Assembly: GCA_950097015.1 (NCBI GenBank)
Contig: CATNEN010000014.1
Coordinates: 1,302,001-1,366,000 of the forward strand
Source of the DNA: Macrostomum hystrix
Taxonomy: Eukaryota > Animalia > Platyhelminthes
Direction of reading: 5' to 3'
DNA length: 64,000 bases
Under the pieces are notes generated by a model. The model saw only the letters and a list, made by a program, of their open reading frames with translations. It was not told the DNA's origin and did not search any database. The position numbers were made by a program, and so were the translations under genes. Positions 40,120 through 51,935 of this stretch are shown here, in pieces. The stretch's first letter is position 1. Each line of letters starts with the position of its first letter.

Positions 40120-40343
40120 CACATGGAATAATAGTGGAATATATCGGTCAGAATAATTCAAGCAAAAATATTCCAGAAATATTCCAGAAAAAAATCGTCA
40201 AACTGAAGTATTTTGTGTTCTTACTGCTACCACTGAAATTTTCTACACAATTTGTTCTGAAAAGAGTCTATTTTTTCCAAATTCCAAAAATATTCCATGT
40301 GCTAGAATTATTCCGGAATAATTCCGGCATGAGGAACACTGGG
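40120..40343. mobile_element. DNA-transposon end remnant with GGAATA/TATTCC subterminal repeats
   Basis: Perfect 20-bp palindrome GAATTATTCCGGAATAATTC (40305-40324), inverted CACATGGAATA pair, terminus ..CACTGGG. No partner end seen. Confidence 0.35.
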
Positions 40344-40497
40344 TAGCGCTTTTCATGTGAATGCTTAATGATCTTCTCTCAACAAGTTTTTGCGAGTTAA
40401 ACTGTGTTTTTACAACATGTTTTGTCTACGTCTTTTGGAGATCAATGGGGACCAAATGTGGATACGACTCAATGTTATACGGGACATGCGTTTCTAT

Positions 40498-40829
40498 CTA
40501 GTCTCGCAGCCATGGGTTCTTCACAAAATCATCATTATCGATACATTTACCAGTCGTACAGTCCAACGTAAGTTCTGTGCCCGTTACAAAATATTTGGTT
40601 GTAACGAAATAAATGACGGGTCGCAGCCCCTGGTCGATAATAATGAGCTTTGCTTTACAGTTAGGAGCAGTAGAATAATGGTTTAGGTACCTTCCCAATC
40701 CATCGCTGTTACTGGCATCAATTACCCATAATTTGCCGTCATATTTAAACTCATGTGACGTTATTGAGTAAGTCCAGAGCGACGGCAGTTCAGAGTTTCG
40801 GTTCCAAGTTACGTGGTGTAGAGGTAGCA
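40498..40829 (-). pseudogene. Degenerate SET domain, PR-Set7/SETD8-like C-terminal half
   Basis: EFKYDGKLWVIDAS..GLGRYLNH..PNCKAK..GTELTLD..PWL. The YDY motif has decayed; the CYLY segment is offset by a 65-nt insert. Confidence 0.7.
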
Positions 40830-42605
40830 CTTTTATTCTTGTTTATTCACTGGGATACACGACAAGCAATGTGGTTAAAGTAAAGGTGCAGGAGCTCAAA
40901 GATTGTGGTGAATACGAAGACAGCGGATGATAGCAGAGTGGCAGTACATAAGTGGTAGTAGATAGCAGTAATAGTACAGTAAGCGCGGACAGTATTGCGC
41001 GGACGAACAGAGAGGGACGAACAGAACCGGACGAACAGAACAGTGCAGAGCAGAAAAGGAAGGGAAGCGCGAGTGGGCCTAAAGCCCTTAGTTAAATAAA
41101 CTAACAAAACTGCAGAACAGGGCGATCGATAAATCTAGAATCTGGCCCCAGCCAATGAGCGTGCAAGCTCACTGGTCTGGGTAGATGATATTGAGACACT
41201 AGCAAAAACAAGCTGGGGCAGCGCAATGTACTTTGGCGCTTACTTATAGTAGCAATCTAGGAAATATACGGAATTGCAAAAATAATTGAAAACGTAATTG
41301 CATTAGTCAAACGGCCCAAATTAGTACCTTATAACATTAAGCTTCATTGGAGCGCTTGCAACAAGTGACAACGTCACACTCAAAAAGCATCCTGTCGGAG
41401 TTGGGTCCACATTCACGCCTAATCGCTTCCTGGTCGTTTAATAGGATACCGGCGAATTCATCGAAAAAAGCCTGTGCAGCAATGTTGATTATCGCAAAGG
41501 CGCCCAGTCGCTTCTCGCCCGCAGGTGCAAAAGCGACCCGAGAAAAAAAACATTTTAAACTTTTAAAGTAACTTTTAAAGTGACAGCGATTGCGTTTGAC
41601 AAGTACTTTGTCTGTAAATTTTAAAGTTCTTAAAGTTCTGACAACAATTTTGATGTACTTTGAAAGTTTTCATCGCATAAATTGCATATACTTTAAAAGT
41701 TTTTAAAGTTTTGAACTTTGGCATACTTTGAAAGTTTGCATCACATTGCAATTGTATATACTTTGAAGTTTTCTATGCTTAGATGTACTTACAAAGTTTG
41801 CTATGCTTTAGCTGTCGACATAGATGTACTTACAAAATTTTTAGAAAAAGCATCAACCTTAATATAAAAATGACACATTGCAAATGAAAATATGGGGAAA
41901 TTAAGAAGGTTCACATTTGTCCATATAGGCAAAGTTACTATGAGTGACAAAATAGATAGAAATACGAGAAAGAAGTAGAAAGAAGCATAGAGGGATATGT
42001 AAAAGAGAAAAGGCACAGGCAAATACTAATTCCAGAAACAGATGACGTGACTTGGCGGGAAGACGGCGCGACCTGACCCGAGTGAGTCATCGATGACCCG
42101 GCCGGCGGGGAGCGACCGGGAGAGAGAAGGGCCAGGCGAGCAGCGGAACACAGCGGCTGCGCACCCTCGAACCTGACCCGAGTGAGTCATGGCTGAACGA
42201 ATGGGAGAAACCGGCAGAGAGAGAAGAGCCAGGAACGAGAGGCTGAGACCGGACTGGGGATGAAAAGGAGCGAGAAATATCATGCACATATTATGTGAAA
42301 TATTGTACGTGAAAGGATAGCAAATAAATATAATATCACGAGCGCGGAGCTACAGAGTCGTTTTTCCCCTGCTCTGCAGCCTGCTTGACGGAGTTAATCG
42401 ATCTCAGGCATCAACCCAAAGTGTTTTACTTGTTATCGATCATTTTGGCTTTAGAGGCGTTATAAGAGAACTCGAATCGTATCAGTCCGAGTCGGTATTG
42501 ATTCAATCTTATAAGGAGACGATCTCTCCTCTGATCGGCGCAGAGGAGAGGTCGTACCGCAAACCAAACTCATAATAGTTACTTAAAATTGAAACCTTAT
42601 AAATA

Positions 42606-43272
42606 TCACTCGTTTTGACCAATAAGTGGACGACGATGCCGCATTCCACGTCGAATGTCATTGCCTAGCTGATTGAGAGCATCTCGTGCAGCAGTGACTG
42701 CAACTTCATCATTGAAACGACAAATTACAGCCTCAAAGAATACTTTGGCTCGATTAGAATCCAATGCTAGGCGGGTCAACTTTCCTCGCTTCCTGGGACA
42801 TAGAATACCATCCCTCAGCTCTTCATCAGTCCAAATATAGCGTCCAAGTAAAATGCCATACTCAGTTGGAGCAAGATGATTGTCTCCAAGTTCAACAACA
42901 TTTACACCATTCCATAGAACTGGGTCCTTGCTGCTAAGCACTGCACTAATATCTATCTGGCCAAGGTGCTTGCTTCGTTTATTGCTGCTTTCAATAGACT
43001 TCCTTAGTTTTCAAAGTTCACTTACAATCCGATCTTGCTTATTGGCATTACCAGCCAATAAAGGTACAACCCTCTGGTTCTATGCAAGAATCTTCACTTC
43101 AGCAACAAGTGACTCAGGATTATAAGTTGCCTTTCTCTTTCTTGGCTTCTGGCTTCTGGTCATACTCTTCTGCTCTTTGCTACCATCTTTCTTATCTTCC
43201 TCATTTTCCTTATCCTGTCCTCCATCCTCGATTTCTACCTGCTCATCGTCTTCTTTTTCTTCTTCTTCTTCT
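42606..43272 (-). pseudogene. Acidic/NLS/coiled-coil plus C-terminal BEN-domain protein, two nonsense codons
   Basis: One frame: EEEEKEDD...PRKRK...(TAG, TGA)...LLGRYIWTDEELRDG...ALDSNRAKVFFEAV...RDALNQLGNDIRR. Confidence 0.6.
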
Positions 43273-44310
43273 TGCTTTTTGTCGCCTTTCGGCGTAGCTC
43301 ACCGGGAGTCCCTTACACGATCTCTTGCGCTTCGCAGCTGCGTAGGTGGCGTGCCATGTTGGTGGCTGCCAGGAGGCGCCCGCACGATGGGCAGGCCTTT
43401 CGGACGCCTTTGTACACACGCGCCACCGACGCCGGTTCCGGCTGAGTGTCGTGGCACGCCCTCGCGTGTCTGGCGTAGTTGGACGTGCTGTACCACTTGC
43501 CGCATTGCTGGCAGTGCGTTTTGCCGTCGGCTATTTTTCCTCCGCGACACCACTTTTGGTAATTCTTTCGCGTTGCCTCGGTTCTGAACGTCTGTTGGCA
43601 TTTTGCGCACGGTAATTGGACGGCAACGAGCTCTCTGTGCAGTCTCTTCTGGTGTATGGCTAGACCGCCCCTGGATGCACAGACTTTGTTGCATCCATCA
43701 TATCTGCATCGGTATCCTGTCAGCTCGTTCTCCTCTTTGTTTCCTGTTTCCTGTTTCTCTGTTTCCGTCGTTCTGCGGTTCCTCTTGGATCGCTCTGCCT
43801 CTTCCATACGCATCGCGTTCACTCTGCGCTTCACTGTCTCCCTCCATCTCCCTCTGTCTCGGACGATGCAGTCAATGTCGATGGTGTCGACGCCTGCCTT
43901 CCTGACCATTAACTTCCAGTGGTTGGTAATCGTGCGCTGTCTCTTTTTGGCTTTCCTTATGTTTTCTAGCTTCTTGTCCCATCCTAGCACGCATTTCTTG
44001 GTGAGGCTAGTGTCGGGCATTCGGAGGACGTGGCCTAGGCGTCTCCAGTGGGCGATTTCGATCTTTGTCGCGATACTGTCCACGCCGAGTTCAGCTCTGA
44101 CGTCCCACATGTTCACGCCCTTTTCTTACATCTCGACCAGGGGCGGTTTGGTCTTTTCGCTCCAGATGAAACGGTAGGGCTTGTCCATTGCTTGTTGCAT
44201 CTTCTTGATGTCCGTCTTGTGGAAGGGGCGTGCTTCGGCATTGAAGGTCATGGTACTTTCCATGCATGCCTCCACAATTTTGGCTTGGGTCCGTTTCGTG
44301 AGGCGTGTTG
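43273..44310 (-). mobile_element. 5'-truncated RTE-like LINE, ORF2 3' end with zinc fingers
   Basis: ACMESTMTFNAE, WRRLGHVLRMPD..LTK..LGW, RGRWRETV; four C2H2/C2HC-like motifs; one in-frame stop at 44128-44126; 3' end runs into (GAA)n. Confidence 0.8.
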
Positions 44311-44318
44311 AAAAAAAA

Positions 44319-44468
44319 TGCTGGTACCCATTTAACAGCTGGGTGAACTGAAGCAATGCAGAGTAAAGTGCCTTGCTAAAGGACACAAATTGTTCCAGTG
44401 GAGTCGGGAATCGAACCCCCGACCTTCAAGTCGTGAGTCCGACGCTCTAACCACTAGGCTACAACCTC
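44319..44468 (-). mobile_element. tRNA-derived CORE-type SINE
   Basis: A-box TAGCCTAGTGG and B-box GGTTCGATTCC, then GTGTCCTTTAGCAAGGCACTTTACTC...CACCCAGCTGTTAAATGGGTACC (CORE-like). Confidence 0.8.
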
Positions 44469-44897
44469 TTTGGAATACTAATAGTAGTATTCACAACATT
44501 TTACAATGGTCCGAAATTGGTCGTCCGTCGGCCGAAAGCGGACGTCTTTTCGACAAAAGTTATGCGTACAATAAACTAAAAAGCAGAGTCCGCCGGACGA
44601 TGCTTTTTAAACCGGGCAGAGACAAGGGACTACAGTGGAGGTCGATGGACTTCCCTGTCACATTGCTGACGTCCGGCCGGCCCCAGGCTCGCAACCACAG
44701 CCGCCTGGAGTAGAGCGAGCCGTTAAGCGGAGGAGGTGAACCCCGGCGGTCAAGTTGCGAGAGGTCGGCACCAGTCCGCTACGAAGCTTAATCTCATTTT
44801 TCTTGAGATCAGGGAGAAATGTTGTACTCGTACTTTAACTATCTTCGTTGTTAGTTGACCGATGCCACTGCTTAAGCAGCCATAGACTGTTCTGACC

Positions 44898-45228
44898 TGT
44901 CGCTAAATTATCATGAAGTGCGCCTGCACTGGCCCCCCTCATGCATTATCTTCGCTGCCTGCCCACTTTATCTCTAATTGCTACGCCCCACCCCCCGTGT
45001 ACGCCACCCCTCTCGATCTGCTCGTCTCTTATCTTTCTCTCCGCAATGTACGCTCGGCCCCCGCATTGTTATCTCGCTATTATGAAATAAAATCAATAAA
45101 CATGGTTACGCGAGTTCTGACTATAAATCTTGGCCCGCACGGGCTCTCGGTCCGCCTCTCAAGTGTTCTAATCGCATCAACAACCAAGCATTGTTCAAGC
45201 CTCTTAAATTTGCGTGTAAATCACAACA
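44898..45228 (+). repeat. 5' LTR of the BEL/Pao element, followed by PBS TGGCGCCCGA (45229-45238)
   Basis: Ends ..CACAACA directly before a tRNA-Lys-type PBS; contains AATAAA and TATAAAT. The left boundary (TGT) is uncertain. Confidence 0.65.
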
Positions 45229-45619
45229 TGGCGCCCGATCTAAATTAAGACGTTGTTTCTCTCGTCTCGTCGCGGTCTCGTCTCGCCAACTCGCCGCGGT
45301 TTCGTCAGTCTCTCGCGGTCTTATCGTGGCGGTTTCGCTCCTGGTCTCAGGACACTTCAGTACTTCCCGGACTACATCATCAGACTGTCGATTGTATAGT
45401 GAGCTTGTCTGACTTGTCCGTACGATTTTTTCAGTTCCTGTTCAACTTTAAAGCAACTCTTGTTTTTTGCTCATTGTACCAGTGTACCATCTTCCTACCT
45501 TTTTGGTTGACTATTTTCTCTCGGGTCTTGGCTTATCCCGGGTGTGACTGCACTCTGTCCTTCGATTCTCGGTCATCTAGGGTCGAGCTCGTTTGAGTTG
45601 CTTCATCATGCCGTTGTCC

Positions 45620-48600
45620 AAGGAGGAGATACGGGTCTACAGACCATCTGGTTCAACACTTCATGAAGAAACTCGAGACGATTCGATGTGTGTCAGATTC
45701 CACAGCAGCTCTTCGAGCCTTCTTGGACACAGTGAGGTCCAGTGTTCGAGCACTTCAGACCCTAGGTGTGAGCACGGACAATTACGAAGTGCTACTGCTG
45801 CCGAATTTAGAATCCAAGCTTCCCAATTCTATCCGAGCAGATGTCGTGCGGTCGATGTTGACGAAAGCCTATAGAGGGAAGCATAGCCTGGAAAGCTTCT
45901 TAGAAGCACTTGACAGCGAGATCAAGCTGCGAGAACGCTGCGCACTGAGTTCAAGCAAGTCAGCTGATCCGTCTCGCCATACACCGGAGATCCGAAGCTC
46001 AGTAGCTGGAACTCAAAGAGTTTAACACTGCCCGGATCTGCCTCCATCATCGTTCGTCACACACCACCCGATAGCGAAGGAGCATCATAAGGCTCTCAAG
46101 AATGCGCAAGCGAACACTGTGGCGTGCACGTACTGTCGACAGTCACTACTCCGAATCCTGCATGTTGGCACCTACTGCAAAAGAACGAATGGAGATACTG
46201 AAAAAGGAGAGACAGTGCTTCTGCTGCCTGCGCGCTAATCACCCCGCCAGCCTGTGCAAATCGAAGAGAGCATGTCGCCACTGCGGAAAAATGCACCATC
46301 CGAGCATCTGTCTGGCACTTCACTCAGGTGATGGCGAAACCACAATGAAAAGCAAAGCCAAGGCTGAATCTATTGTCCAAGAAAAAGCAACAGCTTCTCC
46401 AAACGGCGGTAACGCGACGGTGGCCGTGCCGTCCAATAATACTACAGTTTCTACCGGCCAGTCCTTCGTTGTGTACGCCAATCCAGTCGTGATCATGCCG
46501 AATGCAAAGTGCATCATTGTGAGTTCTGATGGCACAACCGAAGTGCTAGTACGTGCTTTATTCGACACCGCCAGCAATAAGACCTACATTAGACAAGACT
46601 TAAGCCGACAGTTAGGCTTCGTGGCAGAAGCAACAGAAGTGCTGCGCGTGAATACATTTGGATCGAGCAGCACCGAGTTTACATCGAGCATCGTTAAGTT
46701 TCGCATACGCCGCGCATTCGAACCCGACGGTGATTATGTCACTCTAAAAGGCTTCACAACGCCTCGGATTTGCGAGCCGCAGGCATCCGTAAATCTAGAT
46801 GCACATCCAGAACTTCAGCATCTTGATTTAGCCGATCCGTTCGATCTCCGAGATGCTAAAGAGCCTATCTCCATTCTAATCGGTGCGGACACCTTCTACG
46901 ATCTGGTCGACGGTAACGTCGTTAGGACTGTGAGCGGTAAAGAACCAGTCGCCGTGAAAAGCAAACTCGGCTACCTAGTGAGCGGCAGATTGAGCATTTC
47001 GGACACGACCGGTGACTCTTCGTTGGCATGCACTATGCACTGCGCTGGTGAATCCCTAATGATTGGGATACTCAGAGAATCGGTGGAAAACGACGCGAAC
47101 GAGCACAGCGCTGCGTCGTCACTAACACGACACTTTCCACCAAACCTCGAATTTCGAAGTGGACGCTATTTTGTCGGTCTACCATTCAAAGAGGGGTATC
47201 GAGAAGCCCTCTCCGACAATTTCAATCTAGCCTACCGACGTCTGAAGACAACAGCTGAAAAACTACGAAAGACTAGACATCTAGACGAGTACGACAAAAT
47301 CCTGCAAGAACAACTCCGACAAGGGGTTATTGAGCCCGTGCCGAAAGATGAGGATCCGCAAACAATCAAGCACTACCTTCCTCATCTACCGGTTTTCAAG
47401 GAGGACAGCTCCACAACACGACTTCGAATCGTGCTTGATGCAAGTGCAAAGACATCGATGGGCTATTCGCTAAACGAAGTACTTGATCAGGGACCATGTC
47501 GCCTACCATCGGTCTTCTCGCTACTGCTGCGGTTTAGGACTCATCCGATTGCATTGATCGCCGATGTCGAGAAAGCCTTCCTGCAAATAACAATCCAAGA
47601 GCCGGACCGCGACGCCGTGCGCTTCATATGGCTAACACGGCCTCTCGAGAAATAATCGAACGTTCTCATCCTACGTTATGTCCGTCTTGTGTTCGGCTTA
47701 GTGTGCAGCCCAGCAATACTGCAAGAGGTGCTTCTGTATCACCTTCGAAACACGAAGCAAGCTTCATTCAAGATGCGCGAGCAGCTGGCGCGCGATACGT
47801 ACGTAGACAATCTGGTAACCGGAGCACCCTCCGTCAGCTCAGCGATTGAACTTTACAAGCGGACTCGAGAAATCTTCCAAGAAGCCTCCATGAACATGCG
47901 GGGATGGATTTCGAACTCTATGGAACTCACCGAAATGTTCAGCGCAGACGGTACGGGAGCTCAGCCCCCGACCACGGTCAAAGTACTCGGCATGCTGTGG
48001 AATCCTCATAAGGACACATTCGAACTCTCAATTCGCGATCATCCGACAGTGAAAATAAAAGAAGAAGGAGTAGAACTTACGAAGCGAAAGACACTGTCTA
48101 CCTTCTCCAAGACATTCGACCCTCTGGGGCTGCTCAGTCCACTTCTAACGCGACCAAGATTGCTGTTTCAACAAAGCTTCCGTCTGAACGTAGAATGGGA
48201 CGCTGCGCTTCCAGAACCACTAAAGAGTCAATGGAGCGAGTGCCTCAATGAGTTGACAGACTGGACATGTCGCATCGATAGACCAGTTTCAGCTTTCAGT
48301 TCAGCCTCTAAAGTATCCATGGCTTCTGCGACGACTCACAGGTAGCGTATGCCGCCTGCGTCTACCTACGATCTACGTCCGAATCAGGAGATGTTCGAGT
48401 ATCCCTACTCGCAGCCAAATCTCGCGTTGCACCAGTTGCGGAAACTACGATTCCGCGGTTGGAGCTCATGACAGCCAAGGAACTCGCTAAACTGATCCAC
48501 GAGGTTCGAAGAGAGTTCCCCGAAGTCCCGGTGACCTGTTAGAGCGACAGTATGGACTCACTGTGGTGGATAAAATCAGTGCACAAAGTCTGGAAAGCTT

Positions 48601-50353
48601 TTATCGAGAACAGAGTAGCATTCATCCGAACGACAGTTCCACCGGAGCAGTGGAGACACTGTCCCGGAAAGGACAACCCGGCGGACGTTGCAACCCGACC
48701 AGTCGACCCGGGAGCATTTGATGGTCGATCAGCATGGTTTCGTGGGCCTTCTTGGCTGGAAACCAACTTTTCAACATGGCCCGTCCAGCCAGAGTTCATT
48801 GAGAAGTCGAGCAGCGAAAATACCGTCTATGCAACGGTGACAAGCAATGCTCTTCTGAGTCAAAGTAGGCACATTGATAACATCATTGAGCTACAGAGGT
48901 TCAGCACACTAGAAAAGTTGCTCCGTGTCACTGCGTGGGTCCTCCGCGCAGTCCAAATGTTGAAATGTCGAACACGATTTCTGGCCAGCTCTCTTACCTC
49001 CGAGGCAGCCGAACACCTCTGGGTTAGCTCTCTGCAGGCAAAGTCCTTTACTGCTGAGATTAAATGCATCACGTATCAAACTGCTAAGACACCGTTACAT
49101 CAGAATCTGTGCTTGTTTATAGACCAGGATAACGTCCTACGCTGCACTGGACGTCTAGGAGAGTCCGATCTTTCGCCAGACCATAAGTCACTTATTCTGT
49201 GCCCGACAGACGACAACTTTCAACGGCTGCTTATCAGACATGCTCACAGGAAAGTAGCCCACGGAGGGGTAACGGCCACATTGGTACAGATTCGCGAGAA
49301 GTATTGGATGCTGAAGGCGCGACAGAAGATCAAATCGGTGCTTAGGCGGTGTAACACATGCATTAGGTTGCAAGTTTTGCCATACAAAGTTCAACAGCAG
49401 TCTCAGTTACCGTCTTTTCGAATCGAGTCGCTCAGAGCATTTCAGCACGTTGGCCTCGACTACTGCGGTCCACTACTCTACCGCAGGGGGGAGGGTGACG
49501 GCCAGTACAAAGCCTATATTCTGCTATTCGTGTGTACCAGTACCAGAGCAGTCCACCTTGAAGTGGTGTCAGACTTGACCACTCAGTCATTTCTACAAAG
49601 CCTTCGCCGTTTTTGTGCTCGCCGTGGAATACCCTCCATTATTTCCGACAACTTTAAGACGTTCCACGCTGCAGCGCGTCTGCTTGATACCCGACCTGCA
49701 CCGCTACAGACTACAGATGGTCAAGAGTTCCTGACAACCAAGAGAATCAGCTGGTCATTCCTTCCAGAGAGAGCCCCATGGATGGGAGGGTTCTACGAGC
49801 GTCTAGTGGGCGTTGTGAAAGCAGCACTCAAGAAGACCATTGGCAAGGCATTCCTGACTCTGGAAGAGTTATCGACAGTGGCGTGTGAGATGGAAGCTGT
49901 TGTCAACTCACGCCCGCTCGGCTTTATCGCGTCCGAAGCTCATTCAGAAGTGATCACCCCGAGCCACTTCCTCGTGCTCAACCGGCTAACTAACGATCCA
50001 GAGGCTACTTCTGAGACGTTGACAATATTGCCACTGCCAGAGAGATTGAGTCGAGTTCGGCAGACACTCAACAAATTCGGCGAGAATTCAAGAATGAATA
50101 CGTCCTAGCTCTGCGCGAGCGCTCCATTAGAGAAAGTCGAACGTCTACTCGCGAAGTCATGGTCGGTGACGTTGTGTTGGTCATGGACTCCGGCGTGCCG
50201 AGGCTGCAGTGGAAGTTAGCTGTTGTGGAAGCGGTTCACCATGGTCGAGACGGTTTGGCGAGATCATGTCTTCTCTGGTTAGCGAATCCACAGCGTCGTT
50301 TCTCATCTCATTTTCGTCGTCCGGTTGCATTGTTGGTTCCTCTTGAAGTCTAA
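45620..50353 (+). pseudogene. pol: BEL/Pao gag-pol polyprotein (partial gag, protease, RT, RNase H, integrase), several frameshifts and stops
   Basis: CFCCLRANHPASLC; VRALFDTAS; HYLPHLPVFKEDSSTTRLRIVLDAS; ADVEKAFLQI; YVDNL; HCPGKDNPADVATR; HGG..CNTC; GLDYCGP, SDN, PWMGGFYERLV; VGDVVLV..WKLAVV. Confidence 0.93.
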
Positions 50354-50870
50354 GCGCGCGCTGTCTCGCTCTTTCTCATCTTGTCTATCGGGTTTTTTCT
50401 GTTCTAAAAAACTTCGTTCATTTCCCTCTAGTGCTTCTTTTCCGGCGTACCGCTCTTTTGTTTTTATTAGGAAGCTCACGTTAGCGATCTTATATTCACG
50501 TCTATATTTATATTTGTTGTTATTCTGGTAAAGGCTCTTTAAACCGTGTCTCAATATTGCTTTTCAGTTTTCAGTGTCCTTTTTCTTGAGAGCTAAAAGT
50601 TTTCTCTTTTGGTGTTGGTTATACAGTATCCTATCCCGTTGCGCCTATTGGCTACACTATTATCTTGTTTCGTTTGTTCTGTGCACGAGTCCAAAACTTT
50701 CGCGGCTTCGACTCCTCCTGCGTAGGCTTGTACTATTCCATTCACTTAGTCTTTAAGCTGATAATTTCTACGTATACTCCCGATGCTATGATTTCTCGAG
50801 CAGTTACTTCACTCGCTCGTGTGCATTATCCCTTTCCTCTTTTGAGCCAGTGACTCGAGCATTGGTCACT

Positions 50871-51030
50871 GGCGGGGGAGTGTGGCGGAAAGGGCAAATT
50901 TCGATGTCTTTATGCTACATTTACTTGTTATTTAATGTCTACTTTCTTCAGTAATATTCAGCTTGAATTCTCAAACCATTATCTAATGTACGCTTATGTT
51001 TTCTTCGCTGCACCGCTCTAACTTACGTGC
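50871..51030 (+). repeat. BEL-type PPT (GGCGGGGGAG) and start of a 3' LTR (TGTGGCGG at 50881)
   Basis: PPT immediately before TGT, preceded by a 9-bp stem GCCAGTGAC/GTCACTGGC. The right boundary is unclear. Confidence 0.55.
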
Positions 51031-51254
51031 ATGGACTCGTCTCGATCTCTACCCTCCCAATGTGCGTGCGATTTCTCTCTTAATTTAAGCCTCTCAATTC
51101 AGTCCTCTGGACCCTTAACAAACGTGAGCTGTAGTAAGGCGCAGGTGGATAGAGTTTCACTCAGCAGTCAAACCACACGACAACACTCTTGTGACTTCAT
51201 TCAACTACAAAGGGTTTTCCTCGAAATCTCACCTCGATACGCGGACCAGTCTAG

Positions 51255-51935
51255 AAGTCAACTGAGCCCAACATCCGGCTGCCGAAGCGTCAGATCCCGA
51301 CCTTTCATGGTACTGTCGCAACCTGGCAAACATTCTGGTTTCAGTTTTCATCCTCGATCGATTCGAATAGCTCACTGTCTGACATAGATAAATTCAATTA
51401 CCTGCTAGATTGTCTTTCAGATTCAGCTCGCTCTTGCATCCCAGGATTCTCCGTTACTTCGTCAAATTATCGTACCGCAGTAAGTACTCTTAAGGATCCC
51501 TATGGCAAACCCGAGATTATTATTCGTGACCAAATGACGCAATTGGCCGAACTCCAACTCGTTGACACCACATTGATTGGGTCGCAGCGCTTTCACGATG
51601 ATGTAGCTGCGCTCACTCAAAATCTTAGTAACCAAGGTGTCTCTTCATCGTCGTATGCTCTGCTGCTTCCATCCCTGCTGCGTCGCTGCCCAGCTGAACT
51701 TCGACTCGAACTGCAACGCTCAGCCAACTGGCGGGCAATGAGATTGATTCCATTGATGCTATACTAGAGTGCCTACAAGACGAGATTAACCTTCGAGAAG
51801 CAGCTGGTATGACTGCATCGCAGAAGCTCCGTTCTCGAGACTTCGAAAAGGAAGCAAACGCCTTAATGATTCCTAAGCTCGTACTGTGGTTCCGCCCATA
51901 TTTCTGAAAAATGCCCAGCAATGGCCTCTGTGGCA
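51255..51935 (+). pseudogene. gag: Second BEL/Pao gag fragment
   Basis: IRLPKRQIPTFHGTVATWQTFW...DKFNYLLDCLSDSARSCIPG...NYRTAV..LKDPYG; decayed knuckle YCGSAHISEKC. Confidence 0.8.

Noticed and set aside
41147-41181. Imperfect 35-nt hairpin CCCAG..TGAGC-GTGCAA-GCTCA..CTGGG with CTAG about 17 nt downstream
   Set aside because: It could be another Helitron 3' end, but it is single-copy here with no matching 5' end.
42071-42190. 20-bp direct repeat ACCTGACCCGAGTGAGTCAT, 100 bp apart, containing an AP-1-like TGAGTCA
   Set aside because: Two copies only, with no context to assign a function.
44397-44468. tRNA gene
   Set aside because: The acceptor and anticodon stems pair poorly and the sequence continues into a CORE domain, so it is a SINE head.
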